Under the pieces are notes generated by a model, which worked only from the letters and a program-made list of their open reading frames with translations, had not been told where the DNA came from and did no database searches. From Octopus sinensis (lineage: Eukaryota): a DNA stretch of 64,000 bases. The translations under genes were made by a program, and so were the position numbers. The stretch lies in contig NW_021833079.1 of assembly GCF_006345805.1 (NCBI RefSeq), forward strand, positions 72,814 to 136,813, in the 5' to 3' direction. Shown here in pieces: positions 58,699 through 64,000 of this stretch (positions are counted from its first letter, which is position 1; every line of letters starts with the position of its first letter).

Positions 58699-60165
58699 AT
58701 GATTTTTGGCCCTGCAGACATTGCTGTGTTTTCGTTAATTCCGATACTGCCTATTGTCCAAATTGTCATTGAGGCAATAATGCGGAAATTGCCAGTAATT
58801 GCACATCTTCAGCCTATATAGGGAAATTTTGAGCGGTATTTGGTCGGGGATCGGAATCTCCATCTAATTCCATGCACATTGTCACTAATCGCGAACTTTC
58901 AATCCGCAATTTTTATTACAGGAGTTGTTTACGAAACCTATATGACCAACTTCCACTTTTTCTGGCTTGCTTTGGGATACATTCCAGGAGCTCTTATTTC
59001 TGGAGAATTGTTAATTCCTCATTTTTTCAAAAATAAGATCTTAAACGGATTTCAGGTCCTCGTTTTTTATTTTTTTAGATTTTTACAAATCGGTTCAATT
59101 CTGAGCTCATAGAACGGGCAGTCAGTGTGGTTTATGTTTTTCAAATTGTAAACACTACCAAACATTTTATAGGTCGCTTATCTCTCTGTCGTTATGTATG
59201 TTCCTGCAAATTTTCTCCGTCTCAGTATGATTGACTAAATAATTTGTCAGTAACTGGATTTGATCTTTGGGTGTATATTCTGATCATTTCTCGGATTTGC
59301 GTAATCTACACGACAATTGTCAGACTATTCGTAGCTATATTAGGGAGGCGTCAGGTTGGTAATACTGTCCGACATGATCCAAATGATTTTTATTGCAATC
59401 GGAATTCTAGTTATTTTAGCACTGTCGACATCAAAAGTCGACAAATCGTTCCATCAGATTCTTAATGAGGCTGCTCAAAATACTGAATTAAACGGATTCG
59501 GGTCTGAATTGTTACTTATAGTTTTAGAATATTCCAAAAATTGATTTTGGCAATTTTCCTCACGTCAAGCATTTATGGGTCCAATCAGACCATGATTCAA
59601 CGCTACTTAGGTTTGGGGACCGTGAAGAAGGCTAAAATGTACGAATCCTATTCTATTAAAGGGCGTTGTATTTACACTTGCTCGGGAATTGTGCTTTTTT
59701 TACTCTTTGTGGATTCATCGGGATTGTGGCTAAGCAACTAGTTACTGAGGAGATGTTAAAGGAACAAAATTTAACAAAATTCGACGTTTAAAGTTTTGAT
59801 AAATTTCTAGATCTTGTTCTATCTTGTAACTAACGTTCTTTCACAGTATAAAGGACTGGCTGGGCTTTTTATCGGGACATTATTCTCCGCCGCATTAAGG
59901 TAAATTTTCTTGAAAAGTATTAGTACTTTGTCTTCGGGGTTAAACTCCGTGACCTCTGTAGTCTATAAGCCATTTCTTAATTATTTTGAAACAAAGTGGA
60001 ATGTAGAAAACCGAGATTCAAAATCCCTTCTGATTTTGCGAATGTTGTGTATGTATTTCAGTTTATAATGATAGGTTTGGTTTTTGGAGTGGTTGTTGCA
60101 GGGCTGTCCCTCACACCTATGCTTAGAACCACTCAATCTCAGCAGATTGCGTTTATTATTCTAAG
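58699..60165 (+). CDS. SLC5 sodium:solute symporter (SMCT/NIS/SMVT-like), apparently 3'-truncated
   Basis: YLVGDRNLHLIPCTLSLIANFQSA; YLSVVMYVP; IYTTI...QVGNTV...SDMIQ; YGSNQTMIQRY; LAGLFIGTLFSAALSTLSSGLNS. The sequence switches to an inverted copy at ~60165. Confidence 0.85.
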
Positions 60166-61429
60166 CAAAACTATAAGTAACAATTCAGACCCGAATCCGT
60201 TTAATTCAGTATTTTGAGCAGCCTCATTAAGAATTTGATGGAACGATTTGTCAACTTTTGATGTCGACAGTGCTAAAATAACTAGAATTCCGATTGCAAT
60301 GAAAATCATTTGGATCATGTCGGACAGTATTACCAACCTGACGCCTCCCTAATATAGCTACGAATAGTCTGACAATTGTCGTGTAGATTACGCAAATCCG
60401 AGAAATGATCAGAATATACACCCAAAGATCAAATCCAGTTACTGACAAATTATTTAGTCAATCATACTGAGACGGAGAAAATTTGCAGGAACATACATAA
60501 CGACAGAGAGATAAGCGACCTATAAAATGCTTGGTAGTGTTTACAGTTTGAAAAACATAAACCACACTGACTGCCCGTTCTATGAGCTCAGAATTGAACC
60601 GATTTGTAAAAATCTAAAAAAATAAAAAATGAGGACCTGAAATCCGTTTAAGATCTTATTTTTGAAAAAATGAGGAATTAACAATTCTCCAGAAATAAGA
60701 GCTCCTAGAATGTATCCCAAAGCAAGCCAGAAAAAGTGGAAGTTGGTCATAAAGGTTTCGTAAACAACTCATGTAATAAAAATTGCGGATTTAAAGTTCG
60801 CGATTAGTGACAATGTGCATGGAATTAGATGGAGATTCCGATCCCCGACCAAATACCGCTCAAAATTTCCCTATATAGGCTGAAGATGTGCAATTACTGG
60901 CAATTTCCGCATTAGTGCCTCAATGACAATTTGGACAATAGGCAGTATCGGAATTAACGAAAACACAGCAATGTCTGCAGGGCCAAAAATCATTTAAATC
61001 GGACGGCGAAAATTAATTTATATGGTGAAAAAAATTCTCGAAATTTTTAAAAATTTAAATAATTTGAAAAATAAATTTTTATAAGATGTCACAGTCGGAT
61101 AAATGGACACGCGAATAAATGGACACTTTCAAAATTTCATTTTTAAGCAATATTACCATACAAAATACATGTTAATTTTTTCCAAATCTCACTTTAAACA
61201 CATTTTTAATAATTTTGGTACCTGTTGAAAAAAGCAGGGTCTCGAAAAAACCAACATCCCACTGACATCAACAATTTTTATTGATTATCGAGAAATCTAT
61301 TTGATTTTTGGTTAACCATTAAAAAATAATGATTTAAAATTGTAAATAAATCTGTTAAAATTGAGATAATAATTAAAATTTACATTAGAAAATAGAAAAA
61401 AATTCTAGATTCCATATAAAAGCTTCGTC

Positions 61430-61915
61430 TGCTCCTAATCCTAACTCAAATCTTAAACAATTAACCCAAACCCTATGCGGGCTTCCAATTCTTAAAAAAA
61501 TTTTTTTTTTTTTTGAAACTTTATATCTTTGTTATGAAAGCAAGAAAGAAATTAAAGATAGCTAAAAAATTTAGATGAAAAATTTTAAACAAAATCGTTA
61601 GCTCATCTAAAATACCCAAGAGAATTTATCGTTAATTTCAGAATATCTGCGAAGATCAATGAGATCTGGTATATACATTTCCATTTTCAAAGCAATACCT
61701 CAGCTTCAACTCAATGACATTCTAAAAGCCAACCCAAACACTAACAAAACCCTAACGCTAAAAATAATTAAGCCTAACCCTAACCAAACCCTAACGCTTA
61801 ACGTAACCAACCCTAAACCTAATTGTACCAATCCAATTAATTTCAAACTTTTACTAAATCCTAATTTTTAAAACCAACTCTAACTTGACAGAAACCCCTA
61901 TTAAGCCCTAACTCA
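61430..61915 (+). repeat. Degenerate telomere-like (CCCTAA/CCTAAC) tract inside Ginger element
   Basis: e.g. aaaaccctaacgct, agcctaaccctaaccaaaccctaacgc, aaccctaaacctaa. Confidence 0.65.
61501..61564 (-). mobile_element. ~64-bp insertion of the CRE-A 3' UTR plus poly(A)
   Basis: TAGCTATCTTTAATTTCTTTCTTGCTTTCATAACAAAG identical to the CRE-A1 3' UTR, then A14; flanked by an imperfect AAAAAATTT-like duplication. Confidence 0.85.
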
Positions 61916-62399
61916 GCGGTTCTGGTCGCAATCGCAATTTGGCTGAATTTTTAATAAAGAATACATTTCCATTTTCAAAGCATATGTTTTTCGCAAGCTG
62001 CTTTAGCCTAAATCGTTGTTTTCTGCTGGGACTGTCGTATAATGTGTTTTCTTCTTGGTTTTCTCTGATTTTTTTGATTTTTTCAAGAATTTCTTTGCTG
62101 AGCTTCACAATACGCATAGTTCCACGCTTTTTTTATAAATTAAAAAGTACAATATTTCTCTAAAATATTTAACTAATTGTTAATATTGATGTATAAAATA
62201 ACTATTGATATATTTTTTAAATATTTTTAAGCTAGGTGTCTATTTATTCGCGTGTTTATTTATCCGACTGTGACATAAGATGTTAGTTTTCTTTATAAAT
62301 AAATGTTTTTTAATACAAAACCTGTTCAATTAACTTTTTTTTGAAAATTGGAAGTAAATAATATATGTAGTTGATCATAACAAAATTATTTTTTAGGCT

Positions 62400-62740
62400 G
62401 TGTAGTGCGCTGTTTGCATGTGTTTTACGCATTATCACGTCTTGATCGCCTCTAAATAGGGATCTAAGTTTCTTAACTTTTCGCCAATGTTCGTCCAGCT
62501 TAGACTTTTATTTGACAAGTTCACTAAATTCTGTTTTCTCCACATTTACATTTAGGAACGACTCAGCAAGTTTATTTGCCATCACTTCCAATAGGCATTC
62601 TAGAGCATTCCTGTCGGAGGAAATAATATTCACATCATCTGCGTATGCCGCCACATTGATCTTTCCTTTATAGTATAGTTTTAATTCTCCAGATAGAGGA
62701 TTCGTCAAGGAATTTTGTAAGGACATCCATAAATTTTTGA
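62400..62740 (-). mobile_element. RTE-like fragment, same family as 32170-33040
   Basis: ELKLYYKGKINVAAYADDVNIISSDRNAL, close to 32185-32484. Confidence 0.85.
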
Positions 62741-62939
62741 CGATTCATCAAGTTAATGCGGGCACATTCCTATTTATATTTAATGCCACTATTCTATCAC
62801 TTTAATCTAAGAATTTAAGGCCCAGTTTTCTACATAAACAACGTCTCTCGCTTTTAAATGAAAATAATGTGCCATATTTAAAGGAAACTGCTCAGTGTTG
62901 CAATATTTAGAGGAAACTGCTGAGCGATCCGTACAGACT

Positions 62940-63300
62940 ACTCTCCATAACTAATTATAACTTTATTTTTTTGTAAAATTCGGCAAAACCCAATTTAAAC
63001 AATCTTGGAAAAACAACAAAAGAAAATTAAACATTCCTTGTTCCAGGTTTAGTATCTTTCTTTCACTCTCTTCCAAAGTTTTTAATAATAAAGGAGTACA
63101 TAATATACCTAAAGCAGGATCCTCTTGACTGACGCGGGTATGCCGAAAGGATGTCCGCCCTGTTCTGAACAACACAAACGAGTTATCGCTACTCTTGCAG
63201 GTTAAAAAATATTTAGCAAGCATATCTCTGCGAATCGTGTTGTCCACCTTGCGGACCGCAGAGTGACTTAAAAGATATTTCGGTGGCAACTCAGGAGTTA
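62940..63300 (-). mobile_element. Degraded R4-A-related fragment
   Basis: Shares GTGGCAACTCAG / GAGTTATCGCTACTCTTGCAGGTTAA with 9250-9350. Confidence 0.7.
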
Positions 63301-63339
63301 CGTTTTGAAGAAAATAACAGGTTTATTATTTTAGAAAAA

Positions 63340-64000
63340 GACATTGGTATTTATTGTGGTATCCATCCGTATCTCTAGGAAATCATTTGCATCTGTAGAA
63401 TTTACTGACTATGTCTAAGCCTCTTTGATCTTTGAATATCATATCAACGACAAAGCCGAACGTGAAAGTATCTAATTGCTTTATTATGTCGTTTATTTAT
63501 TTATCAGGACCAAAAACACCGTCATAACAATAATTAACTATTTCAGGTGATCCCAGCCTCTTTTAGAAACCTTCGCATCTTTTCTCTGTTTTACAGCGCA
63601 TTGTCTAAGAGGTCGGGGATCCCGAAAATTGACTTTTTTCCTGGGGTCTCCACCGTTTTCTTTCACAATTTCTTCTAGTCCCTTTGGTTGAATTTGATTA
63701 CCCGTGACATTCGCTAGGAGGTTTACAATCTTCATTTGAATATTGTCAATTTTTTTGACATTTGTATATGCTAGATTGCTTCCCCATACTGTACATCCGT
63801 AAACAATTGTTGGTTTAATTTATTGGGTGTATAGAGACTCTAATCCGTAAGTTCCTTTGGCGTCTTCCAAGTTTCCAAGAAATGCTTTAAGAAAGTTTAG
63901 TTTCTTATTCCATTTCTTCAACACGTTTTCCGTATGAATAGTAAAGGTTAGAAAGGTGAAATGAAGTGGTTTCAAAAAGTAAATTACAATCTTCTAAATT
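63340..64000 (-). mobile_element. LINE RT C-terminal fragment
   Basis: KLNFLKAFLG...IKPTIVYGCTVWG...IDNIQMKI. Confidence 0.6.

Larger units (their letters stand above)
61087..62275 (-). mobile_element. Non-autonomous Ginger2-like element
   Basis: ~40-bp TIR TGTCACAGTCGGATAAATGGACACGCGAATAAAT; 5-bp TSD TAAGA, with the empty site visible in the other arm at ~58605; N-terminal remnant RKQRFRLKQLAKNICFENG. Confidence 0.92.
60165..62390 (-). repeat. Inverted duplication of ~58500-59525 (SLC5 upstream region and 5' half), interrupted by a Ginger element
   Basis: Reverse-complement match with scattered substitutions; continues after the 61087-62275 insertion. Confidence 0.93.

Noticed and set aside
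58500-62390. Chimeric fold-back read artefact
   Set aside because: Arms differ by substitutions and one contains a TSD-flanked insertion; a read chimera would give identical arms.
1-64000. Ciliate (alternative code) or myxozoan origin
   Set aside because: TAA/TAG act as stops in conserved genes; the gene set is animal-like; IFT88 argues against non-ciliated myxozoans.

Overview
AT-rich eukaryotic (metazoan) genomic DNA. Host genes are compact and broken by very small GT-AG introns (mostly 24-29 nt, one 19 nt), so the ORF track fragments them. Cilia (IFT88), gamma-secretase (PEN-2), XBP1 and C-type lectins, standard stop codons and ~26-nt introns point, by inference only, to a reduced ciliated animal such as a dicyemid. 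Host genes recognised: TSR3 (3' end), IFT88, a two-domain C-type lectin, TRMT10A, PSENEN, ORC5, a TIGAR-like phosphatase, SMYD, CLEC16A, a ZnT/SLC30A zinc transporter, FAD synthase, XBP1 (with a 20-nt IRE1-type intron) and an SLC5 transporter caught in an inverted duplication. Much of the rest is transposons, often nested with readable target-site duplications (TSDs). These include an intact R4/Dong-clade retrotransposon plus fragments, two PHD-finger CRE-clade families, four Ginger2-like TGT..ACA elements, hAT (Buster/Charlie), Tc1, RTE and other LINE fragments, and a probable tRNA-derived SINE. There is no CRISPR array, rRNA gene or credible tRNA gene. All identifications come from manual translation and remembered family motifs; no database searches were run. 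Fragment boundaries are approximate.
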